From Anas platyrhynchos (taxonomy: Eukaryota): a stretch of DNA of 64,000 nt. This document shows, in pieces, positions 10,301 to 22,300 of the stretch. Each line of letters opens with the position of its first letter. Position 1 is the stretch's first letter. Under the pieces are notes generated by a model that saw nothing but the letters and a program-made list of their open reading frames with translations, had not been told where the DNA came from and did no database searches. A program made the translations under genes and the position numbers. Location of the stretch: assembly GCF_047663525.1 (NCBI RefSeq), contig NC_092617.1, positions 5,639,550 through 5,703,549 of the forward strand. Reading direction: 5' to 3'.

Positions 10301-13300
10301 CCAGAACCCAAAAACCCCGCCCAGAACCCAAAAACCCCGCCCAGAACCCAAAAAACCCTGCCAAAAACCCAAAAAAACCCGCCCAGAACCCAAAATCCTG
10401 CCAAAAACCCAAAAACCCCACCCACAACCCCTAAAACCCCGCCTACAACCCCAAAAACCCCACCCATAACCCAAAAACCCCACCCATAACCCAAAAACTC
10501 CACCCATAACCCAAAAAACCCCACCCCAAACCCAAAAACCCCACGCACAACCCAAAAACCCCACCCATAACCCAAAAAACCCTGCCCACAACCCAAAAAA
10601 CCCCACCCAAAACTCAAAAACCCCGCCCAGAACCCCAAAAACCCCGCCCACAACCCAAAAAACTCCTCCCACAACCCAAAAAACCCCGCCCAGAACCCAA
10701 AACCCTGCCAAAAACTCCAAAAGCCCCGCCCACAATGATTAGGCCACGCCTACAAGCCCCAAAGCCCCGCCCACAACCCCCACAAGCCCCGCCCACAAGG
10801 CCCCAAACCACGCCCCGTTAAGGCCACGCCCCGTCTATCCTTGCCTGCCCCTTATTTGGCTCTGGCCACGCCCCCTCCGTCTAAACCACGCCCCCTCCAC
10901 CAAGCCACGCCCCCTCCATTAAACCACACCCCCTCCATTAGGCCCCGCCCCCTCCTTTAAGCCACGCCCCCTTCCCATAAGCCACACCCCTATTAGACCC
11001 CGCCCACCTCCATTAAGCCCCACCCCCCTATTAGACCGCGCCCCCTCCCCCAAGCCCCGCCCCGTCCATTAAGCCCCACCCCTTTAATTAAGCCCCGCCC
11101 CCTCCCTTAAGCCCCGCCCCCTCCCTTTAACCCCACCCTAACCCCACCCCCATATTAAGCCCCGCCCACCTCCCCTAAGCCCCGCCCCCTCCCCTAAGCC
11201 ACGCCCCCTATTAGACCCCACCCACCTCCATTAAGCCCCGCCCACCTCCATTAGGCCACACCCCTCCCTTAAGCCCCGCCCCTCCCTTAAACCCCGCCCA
11301 CCTCCATTAAGCCCCTCCCACCTCCCTTAAGCCCCACCCCCCCCAAGCCCCTCCCCCTTTAAGCCCCGACCCCTCCCCTTAAGCCCCACCCCCAATATTA
11401 AGCCCTGCCCACCTCCATTAAGCCCCGCCCACCTCCATTAAGCCCCGCCCACCTCCCCAAGCCCCGCCCACCTCCATTAAGCCCCACCCCTTCCCTTAAG
11501 CCCCACCCACCTCCTCCAAGCCCCGCCCACCTCCATTAAGCCCCACCCCCAATATTAAGCCCCGCCCACCTCCCCCAAGCCCCGCCCACCCCCTTTTTTG
11601 AAGCCCCGCCCCCTTTTTGAAGCCCCGCCCCCTCAGTGTCCCCCCAGGGCCGGGGCCGGGCGCTGCTGCTGCGGGCGCGGGCGCTGGAGGCGGCCCCGGG
11701 GGGCCGGGGGAGGGCGGAGGCGGCGCTGGGCAGGGCCCTGAAGCTGCAGCCGGGGCTGGCGCCCGCCTGGACCCGCCTGGGGGAGGCCCGGTGGAGCCAC
11801 GGGGACATCACGGGGGCCACGAGGTGCTTCCAGGGGGCGCTGGCGCATGTAAGTAACCCTATAGAGGATCTGGGGGGGATTTTGGGGTTATATCGGGGGT
11901 TATAGGGTCAAAAAGGGGGGTTTAGGGTTGATATTGGGGGTTATGGGGTCAGTATGGGGTGTTATAGGGTCAATATTGGGGGTTATAGGGTCAGTATCAG
12001 GCGTTATGGGGTCAATTTTGGGGTTATAGGGTCATTATTGGGGGATATGGGGTCAAGATCAGGGGTTATAGGATCGATATCAGGGGTTATAGGGTCAATA
12101 TTGGGGGTTATGGGGTCAATATTGGGGGTTATAGGGTCAATATCAGGGGTTATAGGGTCGATTTTGGGGTTATAGGGTCGATATTGGGGCTTATAGGGTC
12201 AATATTGGGGGTTATGGGGTTGATTTAAGGGTTATAGGGTCAATACCAGGGGTTAAAGGATCACTTTTGGGGTTATAGGGTCAATATTGGGGGTTATAGA
12301 ATCAATATCAGGGGTTATAGGGTCCGTATGGGGTGTTATAGGGTTGATTTAGTGGTTATAGGGTCAATATTGGGGGTTATAGGGGGATTTGGGGGGGATT
12401 TGGGGGGTTATAGGGTCGATATCAGGGGTTATAGGGTCAATAGTGGGGGTTATAGGGTCAATATCAGGGGTTATGGGGTCAATATTGGGGTTATAGGGTC
12501 AGGATCAGGGGTTATGGGGTCGATTTCAGGGGTTATAGGGTCAAAAAGAGGGGGTTTAGGGTTGATTTTGGGGTTATAGGGTCGATATCAGGGGTTATAG
12601 GGTCAATATTGGGGGTTATGGGGTCAATATTGGGGGTTATGGGGTCAAAAAGAGGGGTTTTAGGGTCGATTTTGGGGTTATAGGGTCGATATTGGGGGTT
12701 ATAGGGTCAGTATCAGGGGTTATGGGGTCACTATGGGGAGTTAAAGGGTCGATTTTGGGGTTATAGGGTCAATATCAGGGGTTGTAGGGTCGATATCAGG
12801 GGTAATGGGGTCAAAAAGAGGGGTTTTAGGGTCAGTTTAGGGGTTATAGGGTCAATTTAGGGGTTATAGGGTCGATTTAGGGGTTATGGGGTCAGTATGG
12901 GGGTTATGGGGTGGATTTAGGGGATTTGGGGCGATTTGGGGTCAATTTGGGGTGGATGTAGGGGATTTTGGGGGGATTTGGTGTGGATTTGGGGTCTTTT
13001 GGGGTGCATTTGGGGGATTTGGGGCTATTTAGGGTGGATTCGGGGTGGATTTCGGGGATTTAGGGTCATTTGGGGTGGATTCGGGGCGGATTCGGGGTCA
13101 TTTGGGGTAGATTTGGGGGATTTGGGGTCTTTCGGGGTGGATTTGGGGGATTTGGGGTCAATTTGGGATTGATGGGTGGATTTAGGGGATTTGGGGTGGA
13201 TTTGGGGGATTTGGGGTCATTTGGGAGATTTGGGGGGGATTTGGGGTGGATTTGGGGCAGATTCAGGGTGAATTTGGGGGATTTAGGGTCAATTTGGGCT

Positions 13301-16300
13301 AGATTTGGGGGATTTGGGGTCATTTTGGGTGGATTTGGGGTGGATTTAGTGCATTTGGTTTTTTTCCATTTTTTTTTTTTCCTGTTTTTTTTCCTTTTTT
13401 TTGTTTTTTTTTTCCCTTTTTTGTTTTTTTCCCTTTTTGCTTTTTTTCCCTCTTTTATTTTTTTTCCTTTTTTTTCCCATTTTTGTTTTATTCTTTTTTT
13501 TGTTTTTTTCCCTTTTTTGTTTTTTTTTCCCTTTTTTTCCCATTTTTGTTTTTTTTTCCTTTTTTTTCCCATTTTTGTTTTTTTTCCCTTTTTTTCCCTT
13601 TTTTGTTTTTTTTCCCTTTTTTTTTCCCTTTTTATTTTTTTTTCCTTTTTTCTTTTTTTTCCCTTTTTTGTTTTTTTTTCCCTTTTTTTCCCTTTTTTGT
13701 TTTTTTCCCTTTTTTTTCCCTTTTTTGTTTTTTTTTTTCCCGTTTTTGTTTTTTTTTCCCCATTTTTGTTTTTTTCCCCTTTTTTTCCCTTTTTCTTTTC
13801 CCTTTTTTATTTTTTTTCCATTTTTTCCCGTTTTTCTTTTTTTCCCCCTTTTAGTGTTTTTTCCCTTTTTTTTATTTTTTCCCATTTTCGTTGTTTTTTC
13901 CCTTTTTTGTTTTTTTCCCTCTTTTATTTTTTTTCCTTTTTTTTTCCCCTTTTTGTTTTTTTTTCCATTTTTTTCCCTTTTTTTCTTTTTTCCCATTTAT
14001 TTCCTTTTTATTTTTTTCCCTTTTTTTTTCTTTTTTCCCTCTTTTATCTTTTCCCTTTTTTCTTTTTTTTCCCTTTTTCTTTTTTTTCCCTTTTTTCTTT
14101 TTTTTCCCTTTCTTTTTTTTCCCATTTTTGTTTTTTTTCCCATTTTTGTTTTTTTTCTCTTTTTTTTTTTTTTCCATTTTTTTTCCCCGTTTTTTGTTTT
14201 TCCATTTTTTCCCCTTTTTTTTCTTTTTTCCCCTTTTTTTTCTTTTTTCCCCTTTTTTTCCATTTTTTCCCCTTTTTTTTCTTTTTCCCCCTTTTTTTTC
14301 TTTTTCCCATTTTTCCCATTTTCCCCCTTTTTCCCCCCAAAAGTGCGACGACCCCGAAGCCCACCGCCTGCTGTCCATGGCCCTTCGCCGGGGGGGGTCC
14401 CTGCAGGAGGGGCTGGCCCAGGCCGAGGCCGCCGTGCGCTGCGACCCCACAGCCGGCAGCTCCTGGTGTGAGTGGGGGGCTTACGGGGTCCTTATAGGGT
14501 CGGGGGGCTTTTGGGGGGTCCCTATGGGGTCAGCGGGTCGGGGTCAACAGGGTTTGGTCGGGACGGTTTTGGGGTTAAATGCTGCGATTTTGGGGTCAAT
14601 CGGGCTAAAGGGGGAGGTTCTAGGGATAAAAGATCTTTTAGGGTCGTTTTGGGGTTTTATAGGGTCGGGGGGCTTCTGGGGGGTCCCTATGGGGTCAGCG
14701 GGTCGGGGGCAATAGGGTTTGGTCGGGATGGTTTTGGGGTTAAATGCTGCGATTTTGGGGTCGATCGGGCTAAAGGGGGAGGTTCTAGGATTGAAAAATC
14801 TTATGGGGTCGTTTTGGGGTTTTATAGGGTCGGGGGGCTTCGGGGGGGTCCCTATGGGGTCAGCGGGTCGGGGCCAATAGGGTTTGGTCAGGACGGTTTT
14901 GGGGTTAAATGCTGCGATTTTGGGGTCGATCGGGCTAAAGGGGGAGGTTCTAGGGATAAAAGATCTTTTAGGGTCGTTTTGGGGTTTTATAGGGTCGGGG
15001 GGCTTTTAGGGGGTCCCTATGGGGTCAGCGGGTTGGGGTTAAGGGGGGTTAATGGGGAGGTTTTTGGGGTTAAATGCTGCGATTTTGGGGTCGATCGGGC
15101 TAAAGGGGGAGGTTCTAGGGCTTTGGGAACATTTAGGGTCGTTTTGGGGTTTTATAGGGTCGGGGGGCTTCAGGGGGGTCCCTATGGGGTCAGCGGGTCG
15201 GGGTTAAGGGGGGTTAATGGGGAGGTTTTTGGGGTTAATTCATGCGATTTTGGGGTCGATCGGGCTAAAGGGGGAGGTTCTAGGGATAAAAGATCTTTTA
15301 GGGTCGTTTTGGGGTTTTATAGGGTCGGGGGGCTTTTGGGGGGTCCCTATGGGGTCACCGGGTCGGGGGCAATAGGGTTTGGTCGGGGGGGTTTTGGGGT
15401 TAATTCATGCGATTTTGGGGTCGATCGGGCTAAAGGGGGAGGTTCTAGGGCTAAAAGATCTTTTAGGGTCGTTTTGGGGTTTTATAGGGTCGGGGGGCTT
15501 TTGGGGGGTCCCTATGGGGTCAGCGGGTCGGGGGCAATAGGGTTTGGTGGGGAGGATTTTGGGGTTAATTCATGCAATTTTGGGGTCGATCGGGCTAAAG
15601 GGGGAGGTTCTAGGGATAAAAGATCTTTTAGGGTCGTTTTGGGGTTTTATAGGGTCGGGGGGCTTCTGGGGGGTCCCTATGGGGTCAGCGGGTCGGGGTC
15701 AATAGGGTTTGGTGGGGACATTTTTGGGGTTAATTCATGCGATTTTGGGGTCGATCGGGCTAAAGGGGGAGGTTCTAGGGCTAAAAGATGTTTTAGGGTC
15801 GTTTTGGGGTTTTATAGGGTCGGGGGGCTTTTGGGGGGTCCCTATGGGGTCAGCGGGTCGGGGTTAAGGGGGGTTAATGGGGAGGTTTTTGGGGTTAAAT
15901 GCTGCGATTTTGGGGTCGATCGGGCTAAAGGGGGAGGCTCTAGGGCTATGAGAATATTTAGAGTCGTTTTGGGGTTTTATAGGGTCGGGGGGCTTTTGGG
16001 GGGTTCCTATGGGGTCAGCGGGTCGGGGTCAATAGGGTTTGGTCAGGAGGTTTTTGGGGTTAATTCCTGCGATTTTGGGGTCGATCGGGCTAAAGGGGGA
16101 GGTTCTAGGGCTTTGGGAACATTTAGGGTCGTTTTGGGGTTTTATAGGGTCGGGGGGCTTTTAGGGGGTCCCTGTGGGGTCAGCGGGTCGGGGTCAATAG
16201 GGTTTGGTGGGGAGGTTTTTGGGGTTAAATGCTGCGATTTTGGGATCAATCGGGCTAAAGGGGGAAGTTCTAGGGATAAAAGATCTTTTAGGGTCGGTTT

Positions 16301-19300
16301 GGGGTTTTATAGGGTCGGGGGGCTTTTGGGGGGTCCCTGTGGGGTCAGGGGGTGTTTATGGGGTCGTTATAGGGTCGGGGGGCTTTATGGGGTCTTATAG
16401 GGTCGTTATTGGGTCGGGAGGTTTTTATAGGGTTTTGGGGTTTTTATGGGGTTTTGGGGTTTTTATGGGGTCCTTATAGGTTCGGGGGGGTTTTATGGGG
16501 TCAGGGGGGTTTTATGGGGTCGGGGAGGTTTTTGGGGTCAGGGGGTGGTTATGGGGTCGTTATGGGGTCGGGGGGCTTTATGGGGTCTTATAGGGTCGTT
16601 ATAGGGTCGGGAGGTTTTTATAGGGTTTTGGGGTTTTTATGGGGTTTTGGGGATTTTATGGGGTCCTTATAGGTTCGGGGGGGGTTTATGGGGTCAGGGG
16701 GTGTTTATGGGGTCGTTATAGGGTCGGGGGGCTTTATGGGGTCTTATAGGGTCGGGAGGTTTTTATAGGGTTTTGGGGTTTTTATGGGGTTTTGGGGTTT
16801 TTATGGGGTCCTTATAGGTTCGGGGGGGGTTTATGGGGTCAGGGGGTGTTTATGGGGTCGTTATAGGGTCGGGGGGCTTTATGGGGTCTTATAGGGTCGG
16901 GAGGTTTTTATAGGGTTTTGGGGTTTTTATGGGGTTTTGGGGTTTTTATGGGGTCCTTATAGGGTCGGGGGGCTTTTATGGGGTCGGGGGGGTTTTATGG
17001 GGTCGGGGGTTGTTTATGGGGTCGTTTTGGGGTCCCTAAATCCCCGTTTTTTCCCCCAGACGTGCTGGGCAACGCCTACGTCTCGCTCTTCTTCGCCGGG
17101 GGGCAGAGCCCCGAGGCCGCTCGCCGCGCGCTGGGCGCCTACGCGCAGGCGGTAGGCGGCCCTATAAATTTTTGGGGGACCCTATAGGGCCGGGGGGGGA
17201 CCCTATAGGGCCGGGGGGGACCCTATAGGGCCTTTGGGGTCCCTATAAGGCCTGGGGGGGCGTTATGGGGCAGGGGGAGGGCGTTATAGGGCCGGGGAGG
17301 GCGTTATAGGGCCGGGGAGGGGTTATAGGGTCAGGGGGTCTTGTAGGGTCCCTATAGGGCCGGGGGTCGCTATGGGGTCTCTATGGGGCCCTATAGACTC
17401 TATAGGGTCGCTATAGGGCCGGGGGTGTCTATGGGGTCCCTATGGGGCCCTATGGTCCCTATAGGGCCTGGGGCTGCTATGGGGTCTCTATGGGGCCCTA
17501 TAGTCGCTATAGGGTCCCTATAGGGCCAGGAGTGTCTATGGGGTCGTTATGGGGCCCTATGGCCACTATAGGGCCTGGGGCTGCTATGGGGTCTCTATGG
17601 GGCCCTATAGTCGCTATAGGGTCACTATAGGGCCCTATAGGGCTGGAGTTTGCTATGGGGTCCCTATAGGGCCAGGGGGTTCCATGGGGTCGTTATGGGG
17701 CCCTATGGCCACTATAGGGCCTGGGGCCGCTATGGGGTCTCTATGGGGCCCTATAGACTCTATAGGGTCACTATAGGGCCCTATAGGGCTGGAGTTTGCT
17801 ATGGGGTCCCTATAGGGCCGGGGGTGTCTATGGGGTCCCTATGGGGCCCTATGGTCCCTATAGGGCTTGGGGACGCTATGGGGTCTCTATGGGGCCCTAT
17901 AGACTCTATAGGGTCACTATAGGGCCAGGGCTGTCTATGGGGTCCCTATAGGGCCAGGGGGTTCCATGGGGTCCCTATGGGGCCATACGGCCACTATAGG
18001 GCCTGGGGCCGCTATGGGGTCTCTATGGGGCCCTGTAGTCTCTATAGGGTCACTGTGGGGCCCTATAGGGCTGGAGTTTGCTATGGGGTCCCTATAGGGC
18101 CAGGGGTGTCTATGGGGTCTCTATGGGGCCCTATGGCTGCTATAGGGCCTGGGGCCGCTATGGGGTCTCTATGGGGCCCTATAGACTCTATAGGGTCACT
18201 ATAGGGCCCTATAGGGCTGGAGTTTGCTATGGGGTCCCTATAGGGCCAGGGGTGTCTATGGGGTCCCTATAGGGCCGGGGGTGTCTATGGGGTCCCTATA
18301 GGGCCTGGGGCTGCTATGGGGTCTCTATGGGGCCCTATAGTCGCTATAGGGTCCCTATAGGGCCAGGGGTGTCTATGGGGTCATTATGGGGCCATACGGC
18401 CACTATAGGGCCTGGGGCCGCTATGGGGTCTCTATGGGGCCCTATAGACGCTATAGGGTCACTGTGGGGCCCTACAGCCCCTATAGGGCCCTATGGTCGC
18501 TATGGGGCCCTATGGGGCCTAGCGGGGCCTATTGGGGCCTATGGGGCAGGCCCCGTTGCTAGGGCCCGGCCCGGTTGCTAGGGGGCGTGGCCCCACGTCT
18601 CCATGGTAACGAGGCCCCGCCCCCCCCCCCGTCAGGAAAAAATCGACCCCGCCGCCGCAGCCAATCCCGACCTCCACCTCAACCGCGCCACGGTACGGCA
18701 GCCAATGGGGAGCGAGCGGGGGCGGGACTAAGGGCGGGAGGGCGGGGGGGGGAGGCAGCCAATGGGGAGCGAGCGGGGGCGGGACTAGGGGCGGGAGGGA
18801 AGAGCGGCGGGGGAATCAGCCAATGGGGAGCGAGGAGCGGCGCGGCTCAGCCAATGGGCGCGCAGCTGCTGCAGTACCAGGAGCGCTACGGGGCCGCCCT
18901 GGAGGGGCTGGCGCGCGCCGCCGCCTTGGCGCCGGAGTGGGCGGAGCCGCGCATGCGCCACGCGAGGCTCCTCGACTTCCTGGGCCGCCTCTGCGCGTTG
19001 CTGGGCAACCGCGTGAGTGACGGGAGGGGGGGGGGGCGGGGCTTAAAGGGGAAGGGGCGGGGCTTAAGGGAGGGGGCGGGGTTTAAGGGAGGGGGAGGCG
19101 GCGGCCATTTTGGGGGGGGTTTGGGGGAGATTTTGGGGATTTGGGGGTGGTTTTGGGGGGTTTTGGGGGGATTTTAGGGAATTTGGGGGGGATTTGGAGA
19201 GATTTGGGGGATTTGGGGGGGAATTAGAGGGATTTTGGGGGATTTTAGAGGGATTTTGTTGGAATTTGCAGAATTTGGGGCATTTTGGGGGACTTTGGGG

Positions 19301-22300
19301 GGATTTTGGGGGGATTTTGTGGTAATTTGGGGGGATTGGGGGCATTTTGGGGATGATTTAGGGGACTTTGGGGGGATTTTGGGGGATTTTGTGGTAATTT
19401 GAGGGGATTTGGGGGATTTTGGGGGCAATTTGAGGGATTTTGGGGGATTTTAGAGGGATTTTGTGGGAATTTGCAGAATTTGGGGCATTTTGGGGGGATT
19501 TTGGGGGGATTTGGGGGATGATTTGGGGGATTTTGGGGGGATTTTGGGGGGATTTTGAGGTAATTTGAGGGGATTTGGGGCATTTTGGGGGAATTTGGAG
19601 GGATTTGGGGGATTTTGGGGATGATTTGGGGGACTTTGGGGGGATTTTGTGGTAATTTGGTGGGATTTGGGAGGATTTTGGGGGGAATTTGAGGGATTTT
19701 GGGGGATTTTAGAGGGATTTTGTTGGAATTTGCAGAATTTGGGGCATTTTGGGGGGTTTTTGGGGGGATTTGGGGGAATTTTGGGGAGGATTTGGGGCAT
19801 TTTGGGGGGTTTTGGGGGAGTTTGGGGCGTTTTGGGGGATCTTGGGGGGACTTTGGGGGGATTTAGGGCATTTGGGTGGGATTTTAGGGGATTTTGGGGG
19901 GATTTGGAGGGATTTGGTGGGGGATTTGGGGTATTTTGGGGGGATTTTGGGGGGATTTTAGGGGGAATTGGGGGGGTTTGGTGGGATTTGGGGGTTTTTG
20001 GGGGGATTTGGGGGAGGATTTGTGGGATTTTGTGGGGATTTTGTGGGAATTTGGGGGTTTTGGGGGGGATTTGGGGGAATTTTGGGACAACTTGGGGGCA
20101 TTTTGGGGGAATTTGGGAAAATCTGGGGCAATTTGGGGGGATTTTGTTGTAATTTGGGGGATTTAGGGCGTTTTGGGGACATTTGGATGGATTTGGGGGC
20201 ATTTTGGGCGGATTTTGGGGGATTTGGGAGAATTTTGGGGTGATATGGGGCAACCTTGGGGCATTTTGGAGGGATTTGGGGAGGATTTGGGGCATTTGGG
20301 GGCATTTTAGGGGAATTTGGGGCATTTTGGGTGGATTTGGGGCAATTTGAGGGATTTGGTGTATTTTGGGGGGAATTTGGGGGTTTGGGGAATTTGGGGG
20401 GAAATTTGGAGGAATTTGGGGGCATTTTAAGGGGGATTTGGGGCCATTTGGGGTGGATTTGGGACCATTTGGGGCCGTCTTTGGTAGATTTGGGGCCATT
20501 TAGGGTTATTTTGGGTCCTTTGGGGTGGATTTGGGGCCATTTGGGGTGGTTTTGGGTCCATTTAGAATTATTTTGGGTCCTTTGGCGTGGATTTGGGGCC
20601 ATTTGGGGCCATCTTTGGTGGATTTGGGTCCATTTGGGGTGGATTTGGGGCCATTTGGGGTTATTTTGGGATCATTTAGGGTTATTTTGGGTCCTTTGGG
20701 GTGGATTTGGGGCCATTTGGGGTGGATTTGGGGCCTTTTAGGGTTATTCGGGGTCCATTTGGGGCCATATAGCGTGAATTTGGGGCCATTTGGGGTTATT
20801 TTGGGTCCTTTGGAGTGGATTTGGGGCCATTTGGGGCCATTTTGGGTGGTTTGGGGGCCATTTAGGGTGGATTTGGGGCCATTTTGGGTGGTTTTGGGGC
20901 CATTTGGGGTGAACTTGGGGCCATTTGGGGCCATTTTGGGTGGATTTGGGTGGTTTTGGGGCCATTTAGGGTTATTTTGGGTCCTTTGGGGTGGATTTGG
21001 GGCCATTTGGGGTGGATTTGGGACCATTTAGGGTGGATTTGGGGCCATTTAGGGTTATTTTGGGTCCTTTGGGGTGGTTTTGGGCCATTTTGGGTGCTTT
21101 TGGGGCCATTTTGGGTGGATTTGAGGCCATTTTGGGTGGATTTGGGGCCATTTGGGGTTATTTTGGGTGTTTTTGGGGGACATTTTGGGTGTTTTTGGGG
21201 CCATTTGGGGTTATTTTGGGGCCATTTGGGGCCATTGAGGGTGGATTTGGGGCCATTTATGGTTATTTTGGGTCCATTTGGGGTGGATTTGGGGCTGGTT
21301 TTGGGTCCATTTCCCTCCTTTTAGGGCAAAGTGCGGGGCAAGCGGCTGCGGGGCCTTTTGGGGTCGCTGCCCCCGTCCCTTTTGGGGCCGCTGGGGGGGG
21401 TCCCGACCCTTTTGGGGTCGCTGCGTTTTGGGGCCAACCCCGGGCGGGCGCTGCTGGGCCGGGTCCTCTTCAGCCTCACCCCGGACGAGGGCGTCCCCCT
21501 GTGAGTTTTGGGGTCATTTTGGGGGTTTTTGGGGTTTTTGGGGGGGGTTATGGGGTCGGGGAGGGGTTGTAGGGTCAGGGGGAGGGGGGGTTTGGGGGGG
21601 TTTAGGGGGGTTTTGGGGGGTTTAGGGGGGTTTTGGGGAGGTTTTAGGGGTTTTTGGGGGGTTTTGGGTGATCCTATCAGCGGGAGCATGGCCCTATAAG
21701 TGCACTGGGGTGTACTGGGAGGGGACTGGGGGATACTGGGAGGGGACTGGGCTATACTGGGAGGGACTGGGGGGGACTGGGATATGCTGGGAGGGACTGG
21801 GAGGGGACTGGGGGGGACTGGGAGGGACTGGGAGGGGACTGGGAGGGGAGTGGGGGATACTGGGAGAGGACTAGGATATACTGGGAGGGACTGGGAGGGG
21901 ACTGGGGGATACTGGGAGGGGACTGGGCGATACTGGGAGGGGACTGGGCTATACTGGGAGGGACTGGGGGGGGCTGGGATGAACTGGGAGGGATTGGGAG
22001 GGGTTGTTGGGTACTGGGGGAGAACTGGGATATACTGGGAGGGCACTGGGAGGGGACTGGGGGATACTGGGATATACTGGGAGGGCTCTGTGCTGCTTTA
22101 TACTGGGCTATACCAGTTTGTACCGGTATATACTGGTCCGTACTGGTCCATACTGGTTTATACTGGTCCATACTGGTTTGTACTGGTTTATACTGGTTCT
22201 TACTGGTTTATACTGGTTTGTACTGGTTCTTACTGGTTTGTACTGGTGCAGGACGCTGGGGGTGGCGGATGGGGCGGGGGCGGTGGCGGCCGTCAGCGTC

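Noticed and set aside
14472-16400. 642-aa Gly/Val-rich ORF (and similar long ORFs at 8862..10427, 13070..14497, 36746..37987, 55516..57765, 61709..63466)
   Set aside because: Arise from tandem repeats whose unit length is a multiple of 3 (or purely low-complexity sequence); no start-codon context and no homology; all lie inside introns bounded by conserved exons of TTC5, HNRNPC or SUPT16H.
19090-20470. Telomere-like G4T4 / GGGGTT repeats (also 48240..50640)
   Set aside because: Units are irregular (GGGGGATTTTGG, GGGGGTTAAAGGGG), not the vertebrate TTAGGG repeat; the arrays are internal to a gene; interpreted as G-rich minisatellites rather than interstitial telomeric sequence.
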